Source: Candidatus Binatia bacterium
GTDB taxonomy: Bacteria; Desulfobacterota; Binatia; HRBIN30
NCBI GenBank assembly: GCA_038245295.1
Contig: JBBRSP010000015.1
Span: 55,603 to 119,602, forward strand
Direction of reading: 5' to 3'
DNA length: 64,000 bases
Positions within the stretch are counted from its first letter, which is position 1. Each line of letters opens with the position of its first letter. The notes beneath the pieces are model-generated. The model saw nothing but the letters and a program-made list of their open reading frames with translations. It did not search any database and was not told the DNA's origin. A program made the position numbers and the translations under genes. Positions 1 to 9,518 of the stretch are shown piece after piece.

Positions 1-53
1 GCGAAGCCGGCGACTAGCTGAAGCCGACCTACCGGTCCGGCAATGTTGCGAGA

Positions 54-965
54 TCAGCGCAGCTTCGGCTTTGACAACGTACCAGTGATGGTGAGCGGGG
101 TATCCGGCTTGGCGCCGGCGGGGCGCGGGATCAACATGAGAGCGCCCTTGAGAGCGTCCGGCGTTTCCGGTGTTGCCGTGATGGTCGCGCGCAAGCTGAG
201 AACGCTTTCGCCGACCGGGTCCTTCAGGACAATTTGTCCCGAACCCTGAATGTTGAGATCGCCGTTGGCTACCGTGTCCTGCAATTCCAAACGGCCCGTG
301 CCGATCTTGAACTTCGTGCGCGTCTCTTTGAGCTTCACGTCGGGCACGGCGAAGCCCTGAATCTTGGCGTGGCTGAGACCACCCCCGTCGATCCGGATGT
401 CACCCGAGCCACCGCCCTGGGCAAACCCCGCGCCCTTGGCCTCGAACGTCAGTTGTCCGGACACCTTGCCGTTGATTTGCCCCTCTTCGAGATTCGCGGC
501 CAGAGTCCTGTACTTCCCGAGCGCCAGATCGCTCCAGCTGAAGTTGCCGGACACGGCACCCTGGGAGACGATGACCTGGCCATCCAGCTGACCGCCATAG
601 AGGTCGCCGGAAATCGACAGAGCGGAGAAGTTGCCGCGGATCCATTGGCTGAAGGCCGGGCGCACCGACAAACGGCTGATCTCGAGGACTGGAACCGGAG
701 GATCGCTACCGGTTGGCACCAGCTTGATCCCGGCGATCTCGTAGCCGCGCAAACCCAGGCCGGCGCTGGAAAATTCCATGGTCACCGGACCACCGCTGAG
801 GACGTGCGTCGCTTGTCGGATGATCAGTTCGTGCGGGAAGGTGATGACCAGAAAGGCGACGAACAGCGTCGCCGTGTACGCGACGTACAGCCACAGCGTG
901 CGATTGGCGAAGGCGCCCAGCCAACCGAAGGACAGACGCGGTATTGCCAGACGAGGCATCTGCAT
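54..965 (-). CDS. gspN: Type II secretion system protein N (deltaproteobacterial GspN-like)
   Basis: 303 aa; N-terminal TM anchor then beta-rich periplasmic region ending 'ITGTLSKPKLR'; last gene of the gsp operon, 1-nt overlap with gspM. Confidence 0.8.
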   Translation of the reverse strand: MQMPRLAIPRLSFGWLGAFANRTLWLYVAYTATLFVAFLVITFPHELIIRQATHVLSGGPVTMEFSSAGLGLRGYEIAGIKLVPTGSDPPVPVLEISRLSVRPAFSQWIRGNFSALSISGDLYGGQLDGQVIVSQGAVSGNFSWSDLALGKYRTLAANLEEGQINGKVSGQLTFEAKGAGFAQGGGSGDIRIDGGGLSHAKIQGFAVPDVKLKETRTKFKIGTGRLELQDTVANGDLNIQGSGQIVLKDPVGESVLSLRATITATPETPDALKGALMLIPRPAGAKPDTPLTITGTLSKPKLR

Positions 966-1558
966 CAGGCTCCCCCGCCCTGTTTGGCATCGATCGGCTT
1001 GTCAGTCGACTTCAGCACGGCGACACTGGCGTTGACGTCGAAGCTGTGAGGCTCATTGAAGCGTTTCTTGATGACGATGCGGCTGAAGTGGAGCGGGTGC
1101 TCGCCCTTCTCCACCTTGAACATCAGATCGGCGATCTGCGGCAGGGTTATGGCGGTGAGCTTAATATCGACCAGCTCTTCTTGAAATTCCGGCGCCTCGG
1201 GCCGCGGCTTGGTCGTCGGGTTCATCGAAGCGATCTTGTCCTTGGTAACAACCTGACCAATGACGGCTTGCAGATACTTGAGGATGTTGAAGTTCGGATC
1301 GACGTCGGCAATCGTCTGCATGGCCTCGAGCTCGCGCAACAACTCGAGATAGTTGTCGTGCAAGCGCTGCACCTCGGTGAGGTCTTTCTCGCGTTGGGCA
1401 ATCTTTTTCGTGAGCTGCTCGCCGCTCACAACCAGCGGATCCCAGACGAAACTGTAGCCGCCGATCAGGATGACACTGAGCAGGGCCAGGCCGAGCAGAA
1501 GACGCTCGCGCGGCGCCAGTCGATCGTAGTAACCGAGGAGGGGCGCAAGAAAGTTCAT
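965..1558 (-). CDS. gspM: Type II secretion system protein M
   Basis: 'LAPRERLLL' motif, single TM, coiled coil, C-terminal periplasmic domain; directly after gspL. Confidence 0.85.
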   Translation of the reverse strand: MNFLAPLLGYYDRLAPRERLLLGLALLSVILIGGYSFVWDPLVVSGEQLTKKIAQREKDLTEVQRLHDNYLELLRELEAMQTIADVDPNFNILKYLQAVIGQVVTKDKIASMNPTTKPRPEAPEFQEELVDIKLTAITLPQIADLMFKVEKGEHPLHFSRIVIKKRFNEPHSFDVNASVAVLKSTDKPIDAKQGGGA

Positions 1559-3075
1559 TAGCGTGCCTGCTGCACCTTCTGGCCGCTGTTGCTCTTCAGC
1601 GTCACGATGATGCGGAAATCGACCTTGCCGTCTTGCGCCGACTTGATGTCGCGCACCTGAACCTCATCGAAGTATTTCGCCGCCAGGATGGCCTCGCGGA
1701 TCGCGTTTGGCGTTTCCAACGTGTCGGTGCGCGCCTTCATCTTGATGTCTTCGGTGTCCATCACGTACTCGTCGACCTCGAGCCGTAGGCTATCGGGTAT
1801 CGCCGTGCTCAAGGTGCGTAGGGCATCGATGGCCGTCGTGCCGCTCGGCGGCGCGACGCTGCGCAGCAGCTTCAGTCGTTTTTCGGCGGAGGTAATTTCA
1901 TCCTGCATCTGGCGGCGTTCGTCATTGACGCGTTTGATGTCGGGCAACGTCGCGGTAAACACCTTTCGGATTTCGCGGTTCACCAGCTCCAGACGGTTGG
2001 ACACCAACTGGTAACGCATGAAAGCGCTGGTAATGAACAGCGTCAGTGCCAGAACTCCAAGGCCGCCGGTGAACCACAGCTTTCGTCGCACTTCCTCGGC
2101 GCCGCGATGATACGCAAACTCGCCTTGGCGGAAGTTGAGCCCAAGAGTGTCCGGATTATTCACTTCACGCAGCGCCAGCCCCAGGGGCCCGACAAACGGC
2201 GCCATCTCGGCCCGTAGCTCGGCCGAGATCGTCTTCATCGGCGCCTGCTCGAGGCGACGCACCACCAACCCGAGCCCGTCGTGCAGTTGTTGCCCGAGGG
2301 CAGCGAAATGTGGCCCGTCGCCGGCGATGATGCACGGCATGTCGTCATCCAGGGGCGCTCCGTTGAGCGCCATCAGCGTCCAACGAATGTCGCGTACGAG
2401 ATCGACGATCTGATCGGCGTGTACGGTGTCGCTGCCGTTGTGTGCGACCGCCGCTTCCGGATCCGAACCATTCTTATGCGCCAGGGGCACAATGGTGCGC
2501 ACACCGACAAGTTGTCGATTGCGGTACAGGGCGACCTCGGTGTGGCCTGGTGTGCCGCCCAGATAAACAAACGTCTCCGGGCAATCGGGCCCCAGGAGCT
2601 GTAGGACATTGAGCGCCGCAACCGGGGCAAGATCGATAACCTTGGGGTCGAGCCCCGCCTCGGTCATCGTCGCCAGCAACTTCTCCAGATGCCCGCGTTG
2701 CACCATCGCGGCAAGCACCGAGCTGCCGGACTTATCGCGATGTAAGACGTGGTAGCTGACAATGCCTTCGTCGAGGCCGAACGGCACCTGGGTCTCGAGC
2801 TCGAATGGGACGGTTTGATCGAGGCGTTTACGATCTCGGAACGGCAGGAAGAAGGTACGCAGGGTGACCTGATCACCCGGCAGGGCGGTCAACACAACCG
2901 ACGATCCAAGCTGGTTCTTGTCAATGAACGTGCGCAATTGGTCGCCCAGAGCGATGGCATGGTCACGCGGCTCGCGGAAAAAGCCCAAGAGCTTGTAATC
3001 GCGGTAAGAAGTCTCGAGCAGCGCCGCCTTTAGCTCAGCCGGCTCGATCTCAAGCGCAAGGACTCGTTGAGGCAT
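1558..3075 (-). CDS. gspL: Type II secretion system protein L (PilM-like cytoplasmic plus PilN-like periplasmic domains)
   Basis: 505 aa; 'VLALEI', 'VPFELETQVPF', 'LNFRQGEF' before the TM; operon position. Confidence 0.85.
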   Translation of the reverse strand: MPQRVLALEIEPAELKAALLETSYRDYKLLGFFREPRDHAIALGDQLRTFIDKNQLGSSVVLTALPGDQVTLRTFFLPFRDRKRLDQTVPFELETQVPFGLDEGIVSYHVLHRDKSGSSVLAAMVQRGHLEKLLATMTEAGLDPKVIDLAPVAALNVLQLLGPDCPETFVYLGGTPGHTEVALYRNRQLVGVRTIVPLAHKNGSDPEAAVAHNGSDTVHADQIVDLVRDIRWTLMALNGAPLDDDMPCIIAGDGPHFAALGQQLHDGLGLVVRRLEQAPMKTISAELRAEMAPFVGPLGLALREVNNPDTLGLNFRQGEFAYHRGAEEVRRKLWFTGGLGVLALTLFITSAFMRYQLVSNRLELVNREIRKVFTATLPDIKRVNDERRQMQDEITSAEKRLKLLRSVAPPSGTTAIDALRTLSTAIPDSLRLEVDEYVMDTEDIKMKARTDTLETPNAIREAILAAKYFDEVQVRDIKSAQDGKVDFRIIVTLKSNSGQKVQQAR

Positions 3076-3096
3076 ACGGTTCGCGTAACTCCGCTT

Positions 3097-4281
3097 CTAC
3101 TCTAACTCTTCGGAGCTGCCGTCAGTAGCAGCTTCAACCTCAGGGCGAAACAGGGCCGCGCCACCTTCCTTGAGCCAGTTGATACGACTGATACGCCATT
3201 GCGGTGGGCTACCGGCAGGTCGGGCAACGGGTGCCGGGAAGCGCCCGACGAGCATCTCGGCAGAACGCGCCACGCCGCCGCGACCGGTCACCGGATCAAC
3301 ATTCACAATCGCGCTGGCGCGGATGCGGTAGTACTTGCTGACTAATGCCAGCCCTCCGGCCGGAGGCTTCTTGGTTCCTGCCGCGCTGGAGCCTGAGCCA
3401 CCGGCGGTGGGCAAGGTCTTCTGCGGCGCCGCCTCGCGCGCGGAGATGTAGCTGTCGATATCCGCATCACCGTCAAACCAGGCGGAGAGAAGTTCCGGCG
3501 GTGCGGTATTGGCGTTGACACTGCGCTGGAAGATCGCGCCGGTTGTTGGCAGCGCCGTCAAGACACGGCGCAAGCGCCGCAGCTCGGCGGTTGTAATCCC
3601 ACCCGGCAATCGGGTCAGATCGTCCAGAGACAAGAAATTGTAGGCGTCGATCTTCTGAATTTGGGTTCCCGGTGAAACCGAGGGCGAGGGTCCCGGCGAC
3701 GGCACTCCAGCCGTCGCCCCGTCCGGCCAGACGATAGTGCATTTGGCGATCCAGTAGTCGCGGATCGCTTCAATGCGGTCCTCGCTAATGCCGCGCGACT
3801 GCATGAGGTTGCCCAGCACATCCGTCCATTGTTCATTCAACTGACCGGGCTTGGCCGGATCGCGTTTCGTTTTCATGGCAGCGCATTGCAGGGCGTTTTG
3901 CGGCCGCGTCATGTTGATATTGAGCTTGCCGCCCTCGTCGAAGATTTCGACGCGCAGACGCATGTTCGGTGGCAAGACGATCTGACTGTTCGTCTCATCG
4001 AGACGGCACGACTCGCCGCGACGCGCAACTTGCGGACACCATTCTTCGGCGAATGAATCGACCGTCGGATCAATATCCTTCAACAGAAACGCCTCGCCCA
4101 GAGCGATGCCGGAGCGGGCCATCAACGAAGCCTGTAACCCGTGCAGGGAGTTGCGCGTCATGCGCGTATCCACCTCGGCGGTGAAGAAGAACTCCATGAC
4201 GGTGACGGTCAGCAGAGCGGTGATGAGAAGCGCTATGATCAGCTCCACACCGCGTTCATTTTTCATCGGCGTGCTCATCAC
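3097..4281 (-). CDS. gspK: Minor pseudopilin GspK
   Basis: 'NERG|VELII' hydrophobic N-terminus, 'DEGGKLNIN', 'VNANTAPPELL', 'SKYYRIRA' motifs; ATGA overlap with gspJ. Confidence 0.88.
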   Translation of the reverse strand: MMSTPMKNERGVELIIALLITALLTVTVMEFFFTAEVDTRMTRNSLHGLQASLMARSGIALGEAFLLKDIDPTVDSFAEEWCPQVARRGESCRLDETNSQIVLPPNMRLRVEIFDEGGKLNINMTRPQNALQCAAMKTKRDPAKPGQLNEQWTDVLGNLMQSRGISEDRIEAIRDYWIAKCTIVWPDGATAGVPSPGPSPSVSPGTQIQKIDAYNFLSLDDLTRLPGGITTAELRRLRRVLTALPTTGAIFQRSVNANTAPPELLSAWFDGDADIDSYISAREAAPQKTLPTAGGSGSSAAGTKKPPAGGLALVSKYYRIRASAIVNVDPVTGRGGVARSAEMLVGRFPAPVARPAGSPPQWRISRINWLKEGGAALFRPEVEAATDGSSEELE

Positions 4282-5081
4282 TGCACCGGCGTTGGTGTTT
4301 GCGGCGGCTCGGAGAGCGGCAGGTCGACGCGCGTGCTGAAGTCATGCAGGCCGCCGTTGCTGTCGGCTAGAAAAATGGTGATCTCGACAATCCCAGGGAG
4401 CCCCTTCACGAGTTTGCCTGGTTGCACATCGGTTGTGTCCCAGGAATTGACGAAACCACCAGTTTCAGGATCGAGGTAGCGCAACCGCAGGGCGGCCACT
4501 TCATCGAGCAGGTAGGCGTGCAAATCTTCCTGCGCCGTCGTTCCATCCCCAGCCCCGCTGCTGCCGGAGTCGTCGACCACCGTACCGTCGACGCCGGGTG
4601 TGACGAGACTTTCCGATCGCAGCAAGGCAAACACGTTGTTGCGGTCCTTTACCGGATCAAGTTGATAGATCACCTTGGCGCGCCCGCCGGTTCGATGTGT
4701 GCCGCTGAGGTCGCGTCGCACGTCCATAAAGAAGAGAACGGCGTCGTTCGGGGATTGGCCTTGCCCGGGCGCGCCGACAAAGTAGACTCCACCGCCCGCT
4801 TTGGGTGGCAGGGCCCGTTCCAGATCATCAGCCATCTGCAAAACCGCTTCGCGGCCGGCGGCGTAAAGGTCGGCGTGTTCTTCGGCGCGGTTTTTATCCT
4901 TCAGCGTGCGTGTCATCACCGAATACACCGTGGTCAGCACGATGCTGAGAATCGCTACGGCGACCAGCACCTCGAGGAGGGTGAAGCCACGCTGTGTGCT
5001 CTCAGGCCGTCGCGCCGCGGACAAAAAACACCACCTCGCAGGCAGACGGATTGCGGGGATCGAAGACGATTCGCAAGACAA
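4278..5081 (-). CDS. gspJ: Minor pseudopilin GspJ (true start probably downstream, e.g. TTG at 5024)
   Basis: Prepilin site 'QRG|FTLLE'; C-terminal 'W...LPGIVEITI'; operon position. Confidence 0.85.
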   Translation of the reverse strand: MSCESSSIPAIRLPARWCFLSAARRPESTQRGFTLLEVLVAVAILSIVLTTVYSVMTRTLKDKNRAEEHADLYAAGREAVLQMADDLERALPPKAGGGVYFVGAPGQGQSPNDAVLFFMDVRRDLSGTHRTGGRAKVIYQLDPVKDRNNVFALLRSESLVTPGVDGTVVDDSGSSGAGDGTTAQEDLHAYLLDEVAALRLRYLDPETGGFVNSWDTTDVQPGKLVKGLPGIVEITIFLADSNGGLHDFSTRVDLPLSEPPQTPTPVQ

Positions 5082-5391
5082 CCTCGCGCATATCTTCGAG
5101 TCCCGTGGACATCACCTGAGTCTCGTACGAAAAACCCGGAAAACCATCGATCGCCCCCGACTCATCGCCAAGAGCTTGCACTCCCTGCGACAGAACCCGG
5201 TACTGAATCTCGCTCGACTTCTCGCGCGCGAACAACGTCGCCAGGGTCAGATTCTGGTTCGTGGCAATGTATTTGATGTTACGCGCCTGAGCCCCGAGCA
5301 GCGTCACGAACGCGATGGCGATCACCGCCAGGGCGATGAGCACTTCGAGAAGCGTGAAGCCGCGATCGCGGCGATTCAAAGGGGGGCGCAT
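5002..5391 (-). CDS. gspI: Minor pseudopilin GspI
   Basis: 'DRG|FTLLEVLIALAV'; short pilin; ATG at 5391 preferred over ORF-track start 5436. Confidence 0.82.
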   Translation of the reverse strand: MRPPLNRRDRGFTLLEVLIALAVIAIAFVTLLGAQARNIKYIATNQNLTLATLFAREKSSEIQYRVLSQGVQALGDESGAIDGFPGFSYETQVMSTGLEDMREVVLRIVFDPRNPSACEVVFFVRGATA

Positions 5392-5442
5392 CTGTCTCGA
5401 ATTTCCTTGTTGGGCGGCCGGCGGCGTAAAGAGCACCAGCGG

Positions 5443-6015
5443 TCAACCACCGTAGGCTACATCATGGTATCCGGGCTGATTCTTCAACTTGCTGCTGCCG
5501 AGGCTGACCCAAAGCGTAACCGCCTCACGCGGGCTGGCCAGGTGAATGACGGTCGGGTCAACCGTGCCGTCGGGGTAGAAGACGGTATAGATCTGTCCCT
5601 GCGCCACTTTCCCTACCGATAGCGGCAGGCTCACATCAACAAGGCGGATCTGACCGTTCAGCTTGGTACCGCTGGCCAACGAGCCAATATCGGCGGCAAA
5701 CTTGGCGAGATCGACGTTTCCCGCACCCGTATCATGCGGGCTGACCCAGTAGCGTTGTTGGTCAAAATCGTAATTCAGCCGGTATCCGACGCCGCCCAGG
5801 ACGGCTTCACTCCGCAACAGTTTGAACGCCAACTGAAGCCGATGTGATTGTGCACCCAGCTCAGCCCGACCCGGATCACGAAGCTTTGGCACCACCATCG
5901 CCAGCACCACGCCGACGATCAGAATCACCAAGGAGATCTCAATAAGGGTAAAGCCCCGCTGATCGCTTCGCCTCCTGGATGTGGTTGGGTTAGGCGCGGT
6001 TGTCGATATCGCCAT
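5443..6015 (-). CDS. gspH: Minor pseudopilin GspH
   Basis: 'QRG|FTLIE', 'FYPDGT' motif; ATG at 6015 follows purine-rich GAAGGGAAGA. Confidence 0.82.
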   Translation of the reverse strand: MAISTTAPNPTTSRRRSDQRGFTLIEISLVILIVGVVLAMVVPKLRDPGRAELGAQSHRLQLAFKLLRSEAVLGGVGYRLNYDFDQQRYWVSPHDTGAGNVDLAKFAADIGSLASGTKLNGQIRLVDVSLPLSVGKVAQGQIYTVFYPDGTVDPTVIHLASPREAVTLWVSLGSSKLKNQPGYHDVAYGG

Positions 6016-6403
6016 TCTTCCCTTCGCCGCCCTCCTGGCCGTCGGCGCCATAGGATTTGATCACAACCTCGGAACCGTCGCTGAAGTAGGCGTAAGGATT
6101 GCCCCAGGGATCGACCGGCACCTTGTCGAGATAACCGTCTGGGTTGAAGTTACGGGCATTCGCCGGGCGTTGGACGAGGGCGTTGATGCCATCGGCGGTG
6201 CTTGGGTAAAAGCCGTTATCCAGCTTGAACATGTTGAGGGCTTGCTCGATCGCCTTGACGTCGGCGCCGGCTTTGACGCGGCGCGCGTCGTCGGTTCGGC
6301 CGATGATCTTCGGCGCCACCAGGGTCACCAGGAGGCCGAGGATGAACACCACCACCATGATCTCAATCAACGTAAATCCTGCAGTGCTGCGTAGACGTCG
6401 CAC
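5990..6403 (-). CDS. gspG: Major pseudopilin GspG
   Basis: 'AG|FTLIEIMVV', 'ALNMFKLDNGFYP', 'PVDPWGNPY', 'SYGADGQEGGEGKNGDI'; GTG at 6403 with AAGGAG RBS. Confidence 0.95.
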   Translation of the reverse strand: MRRLRSTAGFTLIEIMVVVFILGLLVTLVAPKIIGRTDDARRVKAGADVKAIEQALNMFKLDNGFYPSTADGINALVQRPANARNFNPDGYLDKVPVDPWGNPYAYFSDGSEVVIKSYGADGQEGGEGKNGDIDNRA

Positions 6404-6480
6404 GGTAGACTCCTTCTCAATTTCGCTGCAATACGGCGACGGTACCACCGGCATATCGTCAATTCAATTCGCTCACCCGG

Positions 6481-7719
6481 CTACTTGACGAGGTCATTCA
6501 TGCTCATGATCGGCAACAGGATGGCCATGACGATGAACAACACAACACCACCGCCGAACAGGATCATCACCGGCTCGAGGATGCTCGTCAGGCCGGTAAC
6601 CGACGACTCGACCTCGTTGTCATAGGCATCGGCAGCCTTGCTGAGCATCTGCTCGAGCTCGCCGCTGCGTTCGCCGACGGCAATCATATGAATGATCATA
6701 GACGGGAACAGGCCGCTCTTCTTCAATGGCGGAGCAATACTCTGCCCCTCCCGAATGGAGGCGCGGGCATCTTCGATGGCGTTGCTGAGCACCATGTTGC
6801 CGACGACGTTCTTCACAATGTCGAGCGCCGTCAGCAGGTTGATGCCACTATTGAGCAAGGTCGACAACGTGCGCGCAAAGCGCGCCAGCGCCACCTTCTT
6901 GATCAACTTTCCAAAGTAGGGAATTCCCAAAACGTAGCGATCGAAGCGCAGACGGCCAGCATCGGTCCGCCGGCTCATCTGGATGCCGACCACGGTTCCG
7001 ACGATGATCATGATGATGAGCCACCAATAATCCTGGGTAAAATCGCTGATGACCAGGAGAATACGCGTCATCATCGGCAGATTGGCCTGATTTTCGGCGA
7101 AGATCTTGGTGATCTTGGGCACGACGTAGGCCAACAACGACAACAGGATGCCGGTGCCGGCGATGGCCATCAGCGACGGATACGTCATCGCCGACCGCAC
7201 TTTGTTGCGCAGCGCCGCCGCCTTCTCGGTGTAGTCGGCAAGACGCATGAGCACTAGATCGAGCGCGCCGCTGGCTTCACCGGCACGCACCATGTTTACG
7301 TAGAGATCGCTGAAAACGCGCGGGTGCTCTTTCAGAGCATCGGCAAAGGCGGCGCCTTCGCGCACTTGTTCGCGGATCTGCGACAGCACGCGTTTTGTGC
7401 GCGCCGATTCCACTTGATCGATCAGCGCCGAGACACATTCGACGAGCGGCAGGCCGGCTCCCACCAGGGTGGCGAGCTGGCGCGTGAGCAACGCCAACTC
7501 GTTCGGCTGCATGGTGTCGAAGTAACCGCCGAAGCTGAAACTCGATTCGCCGGCCGCCTCCGCCTTGCTGACCGCGCGGCCCTCCTGCTCGACCACATCG
7601 GTGGGAAAGACGTTGTCGCGACGCAGCTTTTGACGCGCCGCCTTGGGGTTCTCGGCATCGACGATGCCGCTCACCGCGCGGCCGGTCGTGCTCAATCCTC
7701 TATAGGCGTATACCGGCAT
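6481..7719 (-). CDS. gspF: T2SS inner-membrane platform protein F
   Basis: 'TRQLATLVGAGLPL', 'MVRAGEASG', 'MIAVGERSG', 'LEPVMI'. Confidence 0.95.
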   Translation of the reverse strand: MPVYAYRGLSTTGRAVSGIVDAENPKAARQKLRRDNVFPTDVVEQEGRAVSKAEAAGESSFSFGGYFDTMQPNELALLTRQLATLVGAGLPLVECVSALIDQVESARTKRVLSQIREQVREGAAFADALKEHPRVFSDLYVNMVRAGEASGALDLVLMRLADYTEKAAALRNKVRSAMTYPSLMAIAGTGILLSLLAYVVPKITKIFAENQANLPMMTRILLVISDFTQDYWWLIIMIIVGTVVGIQMSRRTDAGRLRFDRYVLGIPYFGKLIKKVALARFARTLSTLLNSGINLLTALDIVKNVVGNMVLSNAIEDARASIREGQSIAPPLKKSGLFPSMIIHMIAVGERSGELEQMLSKAADAYDNEVESSVTGLTSILEPVMILFGGGVVLFIVMAILLPIMSMNDLVK

Positions 7720-7803
7720 GAAACCGTCTCACTGACGCGGTCGAACCGCCTCTATTCAGCCCAGCCGCAAATGGCGCCGATGTCGGTGCGCGGGCGCATG
7801 GCG

Positions 7804-9516
7804 TTAGAAGATCACGTCCTGCGTGACACGCAGGATCTCTTCGACGCTGGTCTGTCCATCGAGGACCTTATCGGCGCCGTCTTCGCGCAGCGTCATCATG
7901 CCTTGAGCCGTGGCTGCCTTGCGAATCGCCGAGGAGTCTGAGTTCTTCATGACCAACTGGCGCACTTCGTCGTCCACGACGAGTAATTCGTGAATACCGG
8001 AACGACCGCGGTAGCCCTTGCTCTTGCACTGGATGCAACCGCCACCCGGCTTGTAGAGTGGACGTCCGGCGAGGCGTTGTGGCGTGATACCGATCTCTTC
8101 GATTTCTTCCCGGGTCGGATCGTAGGGCTCGCGACAATTGGGACACAAGCGACGCACCAGGCGCTGCGCCATGATGGCAATCACCGACGACGAAACGAGG
8201 AATGGCTCGATTCCCATGTCGAGAAGACGCGTCATGGCGCCGAACGAATCATTCGTATGCAGCGTCGAGAAGACCAGGTGACCCGTCAGCGCCGCTTGAA
8301 TGGCGATTTCAGCGGTCTCACCGTCGCGGATTTCGCCGACCATGATGACATCGGGATCCTGGCGAAGAATCGAGCGCAGGCCGCTGGCAAACGTCAGCTC
8401 GATCTTCGGATTCACCTGGATCTGGCCAATGCCGTGCAGCTGATACTCGATCGGATCTTCGATGGTGATGATGTTCTTGTCGACGGTGTTGATCTTCGAC
8501 AGGGCGGCGTAGAGCGTGGTCGTCTTACCACTGCCGGTGGGGCCGGTCACAAGCACGATGCCGTGGCTCTGCTTGATCAGCTTGTGCATGCTGTCGAGCT
8601 TACTGCCGCGCAGCCCGAGCTCTTCGAGTTGCAACACGGTGGTCGCTTTGTCGAGCAGACGCATGACGACGCGCTCGCCGTACGCCGTCGGCACGATCGA
8701 CACGCGGATGTCGATGTCTTTGCCGGCGAGACGTACGCGAATGCGGCCGTCTTGCGGCAGCCGTTTCTCGGCGATGTTCAACCCGGCCATGATCTTGACG
8801 CGCGAGATGATGATCGGTTGGAAACGCTTCGGCGGCGACAAGATATCGTAGAGGATGCCGTCGATGCGGAACCGCACCAGCAGGTCGCGCTCGAAGGGCT
8901 CGATGTGAATGTCGCTGGCGCGATCCTTCGCTGCTTGGAACAGTAGCTGGTTTACCAGGCGGATGATCGGCGCTTCGTCGTCGGCGTCGAGCAGGTCGCG
9001 TGGCTCGTCGAGGACGTTGATCTCGAGATCGAGCCGTTCGGTATCCAGATCATCCATCAATTCGGATGCCGAACCGGCCGAAGCCAGGTCGTAGATCCGA
9101 TTGATCGCATCGACGACGATCGGAGCGGGCGCGACGAAGATGCGCAACGCTTTGCCGAGCAACAGCCGGACGTCGTCGAGAGCTCCGATGTTGGCCGGAT
9201 CGGCCGTCGCGACAACGACCGTATCGCCATCCAACCCCACCGGGAGGAGCAGACACTTCTTGGCGAAGTTGATCGGCAACTTGCTGATCAGGTCGATGTT
9301 CGTCATTTCGTCCGGCAGACGATCGCGAAATGGCAACCCGTAATGATCGGCAAGCGCGTGCGCCCATGTCGTGCTGTCGATAGCGCCCATCTCCTGCAGC
9401 ACATCGCCAAGGCCCTTGCCTTCGCGCTGCCGCTCACGCGCGCGCTCGAGGATTTCCTCGGAAATCTGCCCCTGTTGGAGCAGGAATCCTTCGAGAGTTT
9501 TTGCAGCGACCGCCAT
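7804..9516 (-). CDS. gspE: T2SS ATPase E
   Basis: 'ASDIHIEP', Walker A GPTGSGKT, 'LRQDPDVIMVGEIRD', Zn motif CPNC...CIQC. Confidence 0.96.
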   Translation of the reverse strand: MAVAAKTLEGFLLQQGQISEEILERARERQREGKGLGDVLQEMGAIDSTTWAHALADHYGLPFRDRLPDEMTNIDLISKLPINFAKKCLLLPVGLDGDTVVVATADPANIGALDDVRLLLGKALRIFVAPAPIVVDAINRIYDLASAGSASELMDDLDTERLDLEINVLDEPRDLLDADDEAPIIRLVNQLLFQAAKDRASDIHIEPFERDLLVRFRIDGILYDILSPPKRFQPIIISRVKIMAGLNIAEKRLPQDGRIRVRLAGKDIDIRVSIVPTAYGERVVMRLLDKATTVLQLEELGLRGSKLDSMHKLIKQSHGIVLVTGPTGSGKTTTLYAALSKINTVDKNIITIEDPIEYQLHGIGQIQVNPKIELTFASGLRSILRQDPDVIMVGEIRDGETAEIAIQAALTGHLVFSTLHTNDSFGAMTRLLDMGIEPFLVSSSVIAIMAQRLVRRLCPNCREPYDPTREEIEEIGITPQRLAGRPLYKPGGGCIQCKSKGYRGRSGIHELLVVDDEVRQLVMKNSDSSAIRKAATAQGMMTLREDGADKVLDGQTSVEEILRVTQDVIF

Positions 9517-9518
9517 GG

